Source of the DNA: a virus
Lineage: Duplodnaviria; Caudoviricetes
Strand: one strand, 5' to 3'
DNA length: 51,303 bases
IMG/VR virus record: IMGVR_UViG_3300050011_000546
Location: 1 to 51,303 of that record
In this document: one piece after another, positions 10,470 to 19,800 of the stretch
Layout: each line of letters starts with the position of its first letter
How positions within the stretch are numbered: the stretch's first letter is position 1
Program-made: the position numbers and the translations under genes
The notes under the pieces: model-generated
Databases searched by the model: none
Seen by the model: the letters and a program-made list of their open reading frames with translations, nothing else
Told to the model about the DNA's origin: nothing

Positions 10470-10539
10470 TTCTTGCAAAATCCGACCCATAACAACTCCC
10501 CGCGACGAAAATGGCCAAAAGATACTTAGGGCGCATCAT
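10470..10539 (-). pseudogene. Truncated immunity paralog 5 (MMRPKYLLAIF...)
   Basis: Only the first ~20 codons remain before the next repeat unit. Confidence 0.6.
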
Positions 10540-10636
10540 CGTCGGTATCCAGCGAAACGGGGGCACAGGCTCCGCGAATTTCCTCCGTTCTGTGAGGATT
10601 TTTGGTGCACCTTCCGACTACCTGTCGTCGGTAATT

Positions 10637-11173
10637 TCAGGATATTTTGTGCAGAAGTGATGGGGCCGGCGTGGCGTGCGCCTCCGCTCCGCGTTCTTCT
10701 CGGTCGCGTCCTTGAGTTTGATCTGTTGCCTCCGCAGCGTTCTGCTTAAGCGCAGCCAGTTTCTGCCGCGCTGCCGCCGCTTCATTCTGCGCGCGGCGAA
10801 TTTCCTTTTCACGCCGCGCCTCATGGGCCGCGACATAGACCTGCAGATCGTAGGGCAGCGACTTGAAACGCTGCTTGCGGTCGTCCGGCCAGGCGCGCGG
10901 CGGATCGATGCCGGCGACGTCGTTGATGGCTGCTGCAGCCGCGCCGCCGAGCGTCGGGTCGGCGAGGCCGAACGAGACGTGCGCGGTAGAGATTTCCTGC
11001 ACCGCTGGCCACAACCGTTCGATGCCGAGCGAAGCGCAATCGGCAACGAACTTCGCCACCGCCGCGGGCGCCGCCGGACACGATGCGATGCCGTTAAGCT
11101 CGCACCAGTTTCCAAACATCGAATTATCGCGCCGACGTGCTTGCGCCAGCGCCGCCAGCAGCGGGCTGGTCAC
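10637..11173 (-). CDS. Hypothetical protein: recombinase core-binding-like N-terminus plus scaffold-like helix
   Basis: FGNWC...PAAPAAVAKFVAD...I...H...GLADPT, then PPRAW...LPYDLQ...RRAQNEAA; GTGA overlap with the upstream gene. Confidence 0.55.
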   Translation of the reverse strand: MTSPLLAALAQARRRDNSMFGNWCELNGIASCPAAPAAVAKFVADCASLGIERLWPAVQEISTAHVSFGLADPTLGGAAAAAINDVAGIDPPRAWPDDRKQRFKSLPYDLQVYVAAHEARREKEIRRAQNEAAAARQKLAALKQNAAEATDQTQGRDREERGAEAHATPAPSLLHKIS

Positions 11174-11433
11174 CTGCCGGCTTTTTTCAGCGCCTCGTGA
11201 ATGTCGCCGAGCGCACGGCGGCGGACCACGGCGTCGGCAAGCCGGCGCGCACCATTGAGCGTCAGCGGCTCGTCGCATGCGATCTCAGCGCCAAGCTGGT
11301 CCAGCGACAGAACCCGCCACGCCGGATCGTATCCGGCAAATTCGCGTACCATTGCATCCACCGTCGCTGCGCTGCCGTGCATCTTTTCAGCCATCGACTG
11401 CGAGCGCGCGATAAAATCCCGATCGTCTGCCAT
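11170..11433 (-). CDS. Hypothetical phage protein
   Basis: Co-oriented, tightly packed ORF starting MADDRDF. Confidence 0.55.
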   Translation of the reverse strand: MADDRDFIARSQSMAEKMHGSAATVDAMVREFAGYDPAWRVLSLDQLGAEIACDEPLTLNGARRLADAVVRRRALGDIHEALKKAGR

Positions 11434-11437
11434 CGAA

Positions 11438-12622
11438 CTACCCTTTTGCATTGGCGCGCCGCTGTGCGGCGAGCAAGGCCTGCGCGTCCCTGAGACTGCC
11501 GGTGCGGTCGAGTTTCGCGGTCAGCGCGCTGATGGTGGCCGCATTGGCGGATGTCCGGGAGGCAGCGACGCCGGGCCGCTGCACCGGCGGCACATCCCTG
11601 GCCGCGGCTTTCGACGCGGTCTTCTGCGCCAGCCGGTATTTTCCGGCGTCGTACATCATCTTTTGAAAATGGGCATTGCGCATCAGGGGATCGCTGTGGA
11701 ACAGCCGCATGAACTCGGCACGTTCGACACCGGCCTCTCTGGCGCCGGCCATAATTTCATTCGCCACCGCACGCTGGGTCTGTTTGCTTTCGCCCTTCAG
11801 CATGGTGTCGAGACGCACGTCTTCCGCTTTTGCAAAGCTTTCGAATTGCTGCCGGGCCGCCGCGGTCTGGTGCTGCTGCTGCTGTTGCTGCGCCGCCTGC
11901 AGCTGCGCCACCCGATCGAGCGCCGCCATCGCCTTGCTAAATCGCTCCGGTTGCCGCTGCGCCATCATCTCGAGCGCCGGCTGCAATTGCTGCAGCGGCA
12001 CCCCGGCAAGCTCCGGAAAGTTTTCCAGGAAACTGGCGCGGGCAAAATCATGGGCGACGCCAAGCGCCTCGGCGTAGGATTTTCGCGTGGTCTCCGCGGC
12101 GCCGAGGCGCTGTTCGATGGCCTGGACCACCTGCGGATGCTTCAGTGCTTCCTCGAGTTTCGAGTCGAATTTGCCATTCGCGGCGGTTTCCGCCGCGGGC
12201 TTTTCGTTCGCATCCCGTGCTGGTTTGGCTTCCGGCTTGGCCGGGTCGTTTTCCGGATCGTCCGCGTCATTCTTCGGGATGTGATTGCCGCGCAGCCTGT
12301 CCAGCTCATCCCTGAATTGCGCAGCGGCCTCTTCGCGCGCCGCGTCGCTCTCATCGTTGCGCAACGCCGTCAGATCGCGCGCACCGCGTTCCAGCGTGAT
12401 GGCTTCGGCGCCATCGGCCGCCTCGTCATCTCGGTCGACATAATTCCGCGCGATCGTCGGCGCCGGCTCGCCGCGTTGGGCGCTTAATTCAGCAGCGGCG
12501 TCCCGCGCGCGCTCAAACCCGCTTTCCTTCTTTTTAGCGAGCGGGTCCGGCATCTCGGCGAAGCCGCCGCTTGCGAGATCGGCGGCGCGGCCGGTCGGAA
12601 TGTTTTCATCGGCTTCCGTCAT
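11438..12622 (-). CDS. Scaffolding-protein-like protein
   Basis: Acidic N-terminus, long helical coiled coil, C-terminal PPVQRPGVA...ISALTAKLDRTGSLRDAQALLAAQRR. Confidence 0.6.
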   Translation of the reverse strand: MTEADENIPTGRAADLASGGFAEMPDPLAKKKESGFERARDAAAELSAQRGEPAPTIARNYVDRDDEAADGAEAITLERGARDLTALRNDESDAAREEAAAQFRDELDRLRGNHIPKNDADDPENDPAKPEAKPARDANEKPAAETAANGKFDSKLEEALKHPQVVQAIEQRLGAAETTRKSYAEALGVAHDFARASFLENFPELAGVPLQQLQPALEMMAQRQPERFSKAMAALDRVAQLQAAQQQQQQHQTAAARQQFESFAKAEDVRLDTMLKGESKQTQRAVANEIMAGAREAGVERAEFMRLFHSDPLMRNAHFQKMMYDAGKYRLAQKTASKAAARDVPPVQRPGVAASRTSANAATISALTAKLDRTGSLRDAQALLAAQRRANAKG

Positions 12623-12813
12623 AGGCGTCTCCCGACCAGCCGTCGCAACGGCTTTTTCGCTGCCGACGCATCAATCATTGCAGGATACCGATATTTGTCC
12701 AGGTTCAATGAAGCTGCGATTTCGTTCACCTTCGCCTGCTGCTGTTCCGGCGAGAGCTTCAGAAAGCTGTCGTCAACGGTGACGGTCTGGCCATCGATTT
12801 CAAGCGTTGCCAT
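12619..12813 (-). CDS. Small protein resembling the N-terminus of a large virion ejection protein
   Basis: MATLEIDGQTVTVDDSFLKLSPEQQQAKVNEIAASL; ends RRLVGRRL. Confidence 0.5.
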   Translation of the reverse strand: MATLEIDGQTVTVDDSFLKLSPEQQQAKVNEIAASLNLDKYRYPAMIDASAAKKPLRRLVGRRL

Positions 12814-13619
12814 TATTTGATGCTCCAGGGTGGGACACTAGGTTTGAGGCTCCAGGGCACGTTGACTCTGGTCCTGCGCGAGACAGTGGCCGGCGGTAGC
12901 GCGGCATAACCGGGCGGCCTACCATTGGCCGACTGGCGCGCCAGCGCTTGCGCCATCAGTGGATTTCCAGCCAGGGGATCGGTCGCCGCGCTGGTAGCAT
13001 CCTGATCGCCGCCGAGAATGGATTTCAGTGCTGCGAACCGGGCTTGCGAAATTTGCGACGGATCGGTGGTCCGCTGTCCCGAGCCAAGACCGGTAATGCC
13101 GTTGGCAATCGCGGCTATGGGGTTACCGACCGGCGTATGGGCCCAGTTTTGAAAGCCGGCACTCAAGCGGTCGCCGATAGCCGGTGTTGGTGAAGGCGTT
13201 TGCGGGGGCGCAACACCAGCAGGATCGGTGCGCTGTCCCGAGCCAAGGCCGGCAATGCCATTGGCAATCGCCGCCATGGGATTACCGACCGGGGTATGGG
13301 CCCAGTTTTGCAAGCCGGCGCTCAGGCGATCACCAAGATCCGGCGTTTGCTGCACCGGCTGCGGAACATCCGCCCTTCCGAATTGCGGCATCTGATAGCC
13401 GCCGACAGCGATGTTTTGCGTCTGCCCGTAGTCCGGCGTCTGCGGAAGTGAGGGCGTTGTTGCGGTCAAGGGTGTCTGCGGAACGGAGGGTGTCTGATCA
13501 AATCCCGGACCCGGCTGATACTGCCCTTGCTCCTGCTGCAGCGAGAGCAACCGGCCAAGCAAGCCGCCGCTCTGGTCCGAAAAAGTCTGCGGATCAAAAT
13601 AGCTGTCGAAGAGACCCAT
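12813..13619 (-). CDS. Class C protein (MGLFD/GGLLGRL), internal-virion-like, with an internal tandem repeat
   Basis: N-terminus nearly identical to 14339-15217; two copies of GDRLSAGxQNWAHTPVGNPxAAIANGIxGLGSGQRT. Confidence 0.6.
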   Translation of the reverse strand: MGLFDSYFDPQTFSDQSGGLLGRLLSLQQEQGQYQPGPGFDQTPSVPQTPLTATTPSLPQTPDYGQTQNIAVGGYQMPQFGRADVPQPVQQTPDLGDRLSAGLQNWAHTPVGNPMAAIANGIAGLGSGQRTDPAGVAPPQTPSPTPAIGDRLSAGFQNWAHTPVGNPIAAIANGITGLGSGQRTTDPSQISQARFAALKSILGGDQDATSAATDPLAGNPLMAQALARQSANGRPPGYAALPPATVSRRTRVNVPWSLKPSVPPWSIK

Positions 13620-14051
13620 GCTTTTGCTCTTTCATTTTCGGGGCGATTGGTTTGTTCGTCGGCGCGCCAAATCGCGCGGTAAATTTCGCGTTCGCAACGT
13701 CACGATCAATGGGTTTGATGGCCAGCGATCGAATTGCTGCTGGTTACGCGCCGAGGGCGATGATGTTCAGCTAATCCGAACAGGCACTTCTTCCAGATCG
13801 CAGTGCTTGAGGCTCAAAAACTATAACGCGCGATATGGCAGGGCCGTCTGGAGCTCGACCTGTGACGATGTCTAGTCTCAAATGCAAAGACGCTTTTGTT
13901 TACTGTCCTTGAGCCTCACTTGCCAAAGGCATTCACCCACTGCCCATTCGAGTAGAGCTCTTTGTTGATGAAAATTCGAAGGGCGGCTTCCGGATTGTCG
14001 GCTTTCGAAAGTGTCATCGATCTCTCTTAGCGCCGAACTGACGACAACTAA

Positions 14052-14339
14052 CTAGTCTGAGTGTGAAGAATATGTCTCTGTCTTGGCAATGATCTCATTG
14101 ACGGCACGGTCAACGGCCAACTTTCCCTTCGCTTCGAAATCGTAATCCGCCATGAAAGTGTGCGCATTGGCGTATTCAAGAGCAAATAAAGCATCAGCAA
14201 GCTCGCGGCTCAAGGCGGTGTCCTCTATGACAGCCAAAAGACCCTCAACCTTATGAATGAGCGTCTGCAGGGACATAAGGCCGTCCTGATAATCCCTGGC
14301 CGCGCCCGTGATAAGACTAATTTGATAAGCTACGTCCAT
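14052..14339 (-). CDS. Putative cognate immunity protein (cytoplasmic, acidic, helical)
   Basis: Start overlaps the stop of the toxin-bearing ORF; lower GC. Confidence 0.65.
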   Translation of the reverse strand: MDVAYQISLITGAARDYQDGLMSLQTLIHKVEGLLAVIEDTALSRELADALFALEYANAHTFMADYDFEAKGKLAVDRAVNEIIAKTETYSSHSD

Positions 14340-15217
14340 TATCGCTCGACCGTTATTACTGTTATAACCTGACCATCAGCGCCGGTCACGACTTTCACTC
14401 CGTTCGTTCCGATGTGTTCGGTTTCGCCAGGCGCATTGCCAGGGCTGGTTTGACCATTTTGTATGGTTTCTTCGACCGCTGACGGGGTAATACCTCGCCC
14501 CTGCATCTGGTCAGCGGCATGGCCGGTGTAGACACGACCGCCAATAGTGGTCGGCTGATTTGTACCTCGTTTTACGTCAATCGGGTTGCCTCTTCGACCA
14601 ATCGGCGTGCTCGCCGGCTTGTCGCCTGAATCCGAGGAATTATCCTGACTTTTCAGGATGATCGCGCCGAGGCCGCCCCCCAGCACCGCCCCACCCAAGA
14701 TCGCTTGGCCTGCCGTCAGCCCTGCACCCACGGCGCATCCCGCTGGCCCCGCGGCACAAAGCCCCATGGCGCCTTGAGCGTATTGCGAGCCAGGCCTGAC
14801 CGGGTCTGGAGACGCGTCGGAGACAGCGGGCTGTTCGTAGCCGGCCGACATGGCGTCGCCAAGATTGCCGGGCTGTTGCTGGTTCGCCAGCGCTTGCGCG
14901 ATCAGCGTTTTTCCCATTTCGGGATTGACGGTCGCAATCATCGCGTTGTGATCGCCGAGAATTGGCAGCAGCGCGGCGTATTGTGATTTCAGATCTTGTA
15001 TACCCATCGGTGGGACAGCTGACGGCTGCACTTTGTTCAGCAACATCGGCGACGGCATTGACAGGGCCGCCGGCGCTTGCGCAACGGAAGACGCCCGATC
15101 GAAGCCCGTGCCGGGCAGATATTGCCCCTGCTCCTGCTGCAGGGAGCGCAGCCGGCCAAGCAAGCCGCCGCTGTCCCGGAACTGGTCCGGATCAAAATAT
15201 CCGTCGAACAGGCCCAT
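14339..15217 (-). CDS. Class C cargo with C-terminal DUF4258/BECR-like RNase toxin domain
   Basis: PIGRRG...YTGHAADQMQGRGITPSAVEETIQNG...VITV is typical of Rhs toxin tips; TGATG-coupled to the ejection protein. Confidence 0.7.
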   Translation of the reverse strand: MGLFDGYFDPDQFRDSGGLLGRLRSLQQEQGQYLPGTGFDRASSVAQAPAALSMPSPMLLNKVQPSAVPPMGIQDLKSQYAALLPILGDHNAMIATVNPEMGKTLIAQALANQQQPGNLGDAMSAGYEQPAVSDASPDPVRPGSQYAQGAMGLCAAGPAGCAVGAGLTAGQAILGGAVLGGGLGAIILKSQDNSSDSGDKPASTPIGRRGNPIDVKRGTNQPTTIGGRVYTGHAADQMQGRGITPSAVEETIQNGQTSPGNAPGETEHIGTNGVKVVTGADGQVITVITVER

Positions 15218-16287
15218 CAGCCGGCTTGATTTATTCTGCGGGATGCTTCGGTGGCGGCGTGATAGTTCACGGCTTTGTAGCCGTTGATTTCGATCACTGC
15301 ATTGGGGGTCGTTTTCTCCACGTCCTGCGCCATGAGTCCGATGTGATAGGCTGGCGCGCCCTTGTAGCGATAGCCGTAGACCGGCGTGCCGTCGAACAGC
15401 GTTCCAACCGGCTCGATATCCTGCTTCAGGCGCATATCGGAAGGCATGAATTTGGCGAGACTGCCAAGGCCTCCGGCGATCTGCGCGAACTGCTGCGCAC
15501 CTGACTCCGTCTGCGTGCCCTGGGATTGGCCGGTGGACTGAGACCCGAGGCCCGCGATCGGCACCCCGATCTGCGCCAGCAGCCCGAGATTTTGCGCCGG
15601 AATGCTCTGCGTCAGCTGGGCGAGCGCCAGTTGCTGCTGTGGGGTATAATTCTGCGCGTTGAGCGCATCCTGCGATGAGGTGACGCCCTGCTGTTGATTG
15701 GCGAGACCCTGCTGGTTAAGGCCCGACAGCAATCCGCTTGTCGAGTTCTGCGCACCGTAAAGCGAATTCGCGGCACTCAACTGATTGGCAACATCCTGAT
15801 TGTATTGCCCGGCGATGACAGGGGCTTCGCCCTGCGCAATACCCCGCGCCAGCGTCTGCTGGTTCATGCCGGACATATCCCGGCCCGCCGCGGCGAATTG
15901 GCCGTTGACCTGGTTTGTCGTGTCGCTCGCAATCTGCGCCAGCTGGGCCTGAAGCGCAGGATTGTTTCCGATCATGCTGCCGTTGGCATAGGGCGTGAGC
16001 TGGCTCTGCAGCGTTGAAAGACCAGTTTGGAGATTGGGAGCCTGCTGAGCCGCTCCGCCCCCGTTTAATAGATTGCCGGCAAAGCTGCTGATCTGGCTCG
16101 CATAGGGATTGCCCTGCGCGGCATTCTGCGAAAGCTGGTTGATCGCGCCGCTCTCAGTCGGATTCAACCCGCTGCTCTGGATCAGGGGGTTGAGCTGTCC
16201 GAGAATGCCGGAAAGATCCGGCTGTGCCGCCGCCCACGGCACCGTGGTCGACTGCTGGGTTTGCGATGTCGTTGACGTACCGCCCAT
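15217..16287 (-). CDS. DNA-transfer/ejection-type virion protein with C-terminal peptidase S74 chaperone domain
   Basis: MGG...T/Q/G/N-rich body; SDMRLKQDI...YRYKG...IGLMAQDVE. Confidence 0.75.
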   Translation of the reverse strand: MGGTSTTSQTQQSTTVPWAAAQPDLSGILGQLNPLIQSSGLNPTESGAINQLSQNAAQGNPYASQISSFAGNLLNGGGAAQQAPNLQTGLSTLQSQLTPYANGSMIGNNPALQAQLAQIASDTTNQVNGQFAAAGRDMSGMNQQTLARGIAQGEAPVIAGQYNQDVANQLSAANSLYGAQNSTSGLLSGLNQQGLANQQQGVTSSQDALNAQNYTPQQQLALAQLTQSIPAQNLGLLAQIGVPIAGLGSQSTGQSQGTQTESGAQQFAQIAGGLGSLAKFMPSDMRLKQDIEPVGTLFDGTPVYGYRYKGAPAYHIGLMAQDVEKTTPNAVIEINGYKAVNYHAATEASRRINQAG

Positions 16288-16511
16288 TATCTTGATTCCT
16301 TATCCATGATCACTTGGTCCTCAGTTTTTATCGAATGCGCGTAGGTGAGATTTTTCTTGTATCTCCCCGTCGCAGGTCGCCGATAATTTCAGGATATTTT
16401 GTGCAGAGGCAGCGGACCGTCGTATCTGCGCTGCGTCTGTAAAGACGCGAGCATCTCAAGCAAGCGGCCGTTCTGCCGTCACATACTTCGGGATCGCAGC
16501 AAGACGCGAAT

Positions 16512-17238
16512 TCATTGATCGTCGGATTGTTCGGAAAGAATTCTCGCAACTAACGATCGGATCGGACGGCGAGCCTGCGAAGATTGCATATCGTCCCAAG
16601 CTTCTGGCGTTTGTCCGTTACTCTCTGCCATCGGTTGAACTTGGTTCTGCTGCATTTGTAGCGCGAGCAGCCTGCCGAGCAAGCCGCCCTGCAGACGATA
16701 TTCGGGTGCGCCGTTCAGAGTAGAAACGGAATCGATGGCCGGCTGAAACCGGCCCTGCTGAGACAGCATGCTGAGCCTGCCGAGTAAGCCGCCGCCAGGT
16801 TCGTCTGTCGCCTGGCCTGAGAGATTCTTCGTTACAATAAAGGAGCGGTCGTACGGGGACTCAAAATAGCCCGGCTCATCATAAGGGTTTCCCCTCGGGG
16901 GATCCACCTCATGCAGTGGACGTTCAGGCGGCGGAAAGGGATTTTCATTTCTCGGAGGTGAAAGCGATGGCGGAAGCCACGTGGGTAGCGCGCGTGGAAT
17001 ATCCTTCGAACTTGGTGCTGCAGGAATTGGTGGATCCCATATATGAAGATACAGGCAGCTGTTGCTGCGGCTGATTTTGCGGCGGATTGCCAAATGTATT
17101 TGGACTTTCCGGAGGTGGGATCCACCAAGGGAGGCGCGGAGGAGGTGGAGTTGGTGGTTTCCGGAAATCGGGTATTGTCGAATCCCGCAATTGCGAATTA
17201 GGTGATTCAGGGAAATAGTCTCTGAAGGAATAGGCCAC
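16512..17238 (-). pseudogene. Proline-rich class C protein, frameshifted; paralog of 22053-22595
   Basis: HEVDPPRGNPY.EPG.FE.PYDRSFIVT and two GGLLGRL motifs; N-terminus in a different frame (shift near 17050). Confidence 0.6.
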
Positions 17239-17379
17239 GTGTTTGCTCTCCAATAGGTCTATCGTTTGACGTGCAGCTCGTTTGATTAGGTTGCTTTGAT
17301 TCAATTCTTCGAGCTCTGTGCGACGAGCAGTATTGCTCCAGGATTCGTGCCCGCGAAGCCTCAGGCGCTTGAGAGCCCA

Positions 17380-18282
17380 TTACGGATCGTAGATCACGTG
17401 GGGCAGAGACAGCTTCGACACCATGGCATCGAGCTCGGCCTGGTTATTTGGATACGCTTCATAAACGATCTCCGTCTTGAGCGAGCTGGCGTAATACCTC
17501 GGATTCCAAGTCCACAAAACGTCCGGATATGTGCCCGTCCCCTCAAACATGCTTCTTAATTTTTTTCTGATGATGAAACTTTCCGGAGGGTCGTCGAACC
17601 AGGGATCGATGGCCCTACCGCTGTAAAATTTGTAATTCAGATACCGACGATATTTGTCTCCATCCTGAACCTCAGGCGGAGCATCGGAGCATGGCGATTT
17701 CTCCAGGCGTTTGGGGCTATCATCTCTCGACACGACCAGTGACGGACACCAGAACGGATCGACCGTATAGTGCCATGCGACTACGGTGTCCTTCAGCACA
17801 AAGGTCTTCGTTGATGCCAGAAGGACGTAACTGGCACAGGCGGAAAAGCAATAATCGTAGACGACGACGGTTGCACGACGGTCTCGCAGCAAATCGGCGA
17901 GCGTGATAGCAACGGCTATATCGCCACCGGGGCTTCGAACCACGAAAAGACCTCCTTCTTCAAGGTCGTTAGCTAGCGAAACATCCTGTTTGGCAAAAAT
18001 CTGACCGTCAAAACACAAGACCCGCTTGTCGAGATCGAGTGCCATGGGACGCTTCACATTGCCGCGACAAAATTCGACGGCGCGAGCATAAACGCTGAAG
18101 TCGGGCTGTTGGGCGCGCGAAGTCTCCGGGTCCCAGCAAACAAGGAATGATGCGCTCAGCGCTGCAAAATTTGCGACGCGGAAAATGAAAGAGCGTCGAC
18201 GGCTAAAGCTAGCACGATAAAACGTATTCGCTCCACACTCAGCGGCGCTAAGCTTCAAGCGTGACATGTTCCACGTCCACAC
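17380..18282 (-). CDS. Exported ClpP/crotonase-fold-like protein, paralog 1 (start uncertain)
   Basis: VVRSPGGD, YDYCFSACASY, VAWH; signal-like segment. Confidence 0.6.
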   Translation of the reverse strand: MWTWNMSRLKLSAAECGANTFYRASFSRRRSFIFRVANFAALSASFLVCWDPETSRAQQPDFSVYARAVEFCRGNVKRPMALDLDKRVLCFDGQIFAKQDVSLANDLEEGGLFVVRSPGGDIAVAITLADLLRDRRATVVVYDYCFSACASYVLLASTKTFVLKDTVVAWHYTVDPFWCPSLVVSRDDSPKRLEKSPCSDAPPEVQDGDKYRRYLNYKFYSGRAIDPWFDDPPESFIIRKKLRSMFEGTGTYPDVLWTWNPRYYASSLKTEIVYEAYPNNQAELDAMVSKLSLPHVIYDP

Positions 18283-18348
18283 TTCGCTACAAAGACGCCA
18301 TCGTGTTAGCGTAGGTCACGATTTGAGCGATCACGGGCAGCTTGACGA

Positions 18349-18753
18349 CTAAGTCGATTTCCGGAGGCCTAGCCGCCGCCTGGAGAGCTGCCTTTCTTTC
18401 TTTTTGATCTCAGCGTCGAGGATTTTGCATAGTTTCCGATGAAACTCGAGTCCGTGGCAAAAAGGCAGGTATCTCGGAAAAACAACTTCGTGCGGCACAA
18501 CATCTGAACTAATACTTTTTAGTCGATCGAGTGACTTTCGAATTACGGTACTCGCAATCGTCAGCGCTTGAAGTCCGTCGACACCGCGCGCCAAACGAAT
18601 CCGATTATCCTTCAGGCCATGGGTTTCAAACGCACACGACCATTCGCGATCCCCTTCCCGCAAACGTGGAAATCCCAAGCGAGCCAGCCCCGGGCGCTGT
18701 TTCACACCAAATCGGAACTCATATTCCACCAGAGAAGGCTCACTCCATTTCAC
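18349..18753 (-). CDS. Hypothetical protein (DUF6968-like, possible immunity)
   Basis: WSCAFE...GVDGLQAL motif. Confidence 0.5.
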   Translation of the reverse strand: MKWSEPSLVEYEFRFGVKQRPGLARLGFPRLREGDREWSCAFETHGLKDNRIRLARGVDGLQALTIASTVIRKSLDRLKSISSDVVPHEVVFPRYLPFCHGLEFHRKLCKILDAEIKKKERQLSRRRLGLRKST

Positions 18754-18860
18754 TTGGCTACTCCGGTTTTTCCTTCAGCCAAAAAAAGACCAACGTGGTC
18801 ATTTTCCCTCGGCCAGCGCGCCATCTCGGAGCCGCTTGCGAGCAATATGCAGCGAGGTCA

Positions 18861-19517
18861 TCATCCCATGTCGTCGGGAGGTTCATATTCCGGAGGCTCG
18901 TTCGATCTGGTATCACCTGCTCGCTTCGGGCGGAACTCATTATATCGGGCAACAACGTCATCTGAAATAAGTCCTGGTGGTGCACGATCAACAAAGTCAC
19001 GCTCGCGTCCGACATCAGGAACGTCCTTCATCATTTGCAGAGACATGATTTCTTCAAGGACCCGCGACAGCGCTTCACCGCGACCCAGCTGCAAAAGTAT
19101 CCGTGCCTTGACACCAAGTGCCTCTCTTCGGAAAAAGCCAGTGCGATGGGCTCTGCGCAGAGCCAGATCGATACATTTCAACGCTTCTTCGGGATCATCC
19201 AAAAAATCGAGATACTGTGTTGCCTTTCCGATCGGGAAACGAACATCGTCAGGAAACTGCTCGATCATCTCGTCTTGAATCTGCAGAGCTTCGCGATCCC
19301 TTTCGGCTTCAGACAGAAGCCATACAAGATTTAGAGCTAAATCATAGCGATCTTTGCCACTCTCCGCGCGCATCCGCGCTGATACGGCGTCAATCACCAG
19401 ATTAAGCGGAAAGTCCTGGCGTAGCTCTTTGATCCATCGATCAAGCTTCACGTATGAATCGACAGACCTGATAACAACCTCCCATCGGTCCGAGTGGAAG
19501 TAATGCCTGCTGAGCAA
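18861..19517 (-). CDS. TPR-like protein, candidate immunity
   Basis: Helical repeats (EEALKCIDLAL, ALGVKARILLQLGRGEAL); downstream of the 19801 cargo. Confidence 0.55.
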   Translation of the reverse strand: MLSRHYFHSDRWEVVIRSVDSYVKLDRWIKELRQDFPLNLVIDAVSARMRAESGKDRYDLALNLVWLLSEAERDREALQIQDEMIEQFPDDVRFPIGKATQYLDFLDDPEEALKCIDLALRRAHRTGFFRREALGVKARILLQLGRGEALSRVLEEIMSLQMMKDVPDVGRERDFVDRAPPGLISDDVVARYNEFRPKRAGDTRSNEPPEYEPPDDMG

Positions 19518-19656
19518 CGAAGACTATCGTTGCGATCTTACGCTTCCGGCCGGAACCGGTAACATGAGCGCGAGTGGCTACGCCGCGCGCCCTCGGCACA
19601 ATTTTTAAGGCGGCCTATTATCGCTCCGACGCAGATTGGCTACCGTCGCCAACTTG

Positions 19657-19671
19657 GAACAAATAGAGAAC
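19657..19671. promoter_or_regulatory. Alphaproteobacterial LexA (SOS) box
   Basis: GAAC-aaataga-GAAC, intergenic, upstream of 18861-19517. Confidence 0.7.
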
Positions 19672-19800
19672 GATGTCAAGATGACTCCGCTTAAAGATCT
19701 GCATCCGTCCCTACGCTGTCGATACGATTGCCAAACCGTTCGCTGCTCGCCGATCCCACTACAAGACCATCGAAAATTGGCTAACTTTGAAGTTAGCCTA

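Noticed and set aside
7430-10700. Repeats as a CRISPR array or integron attC sites
   Set aside because: Spacing is irregular and gene-sized, there are no cas or intI genes in the window, and no attC-type palindrome; the repeats are duplicated gene ends plus a motif
11201-12487. 428-aa plus-strand ORF
   Set aside because: Antisense shadow of the scaffold-like gene, with no recognisable motif
13620-14050. Possible genes downstream of the immunity ORF
   Set aside because: Only short low-GC fragments; no call can be supported
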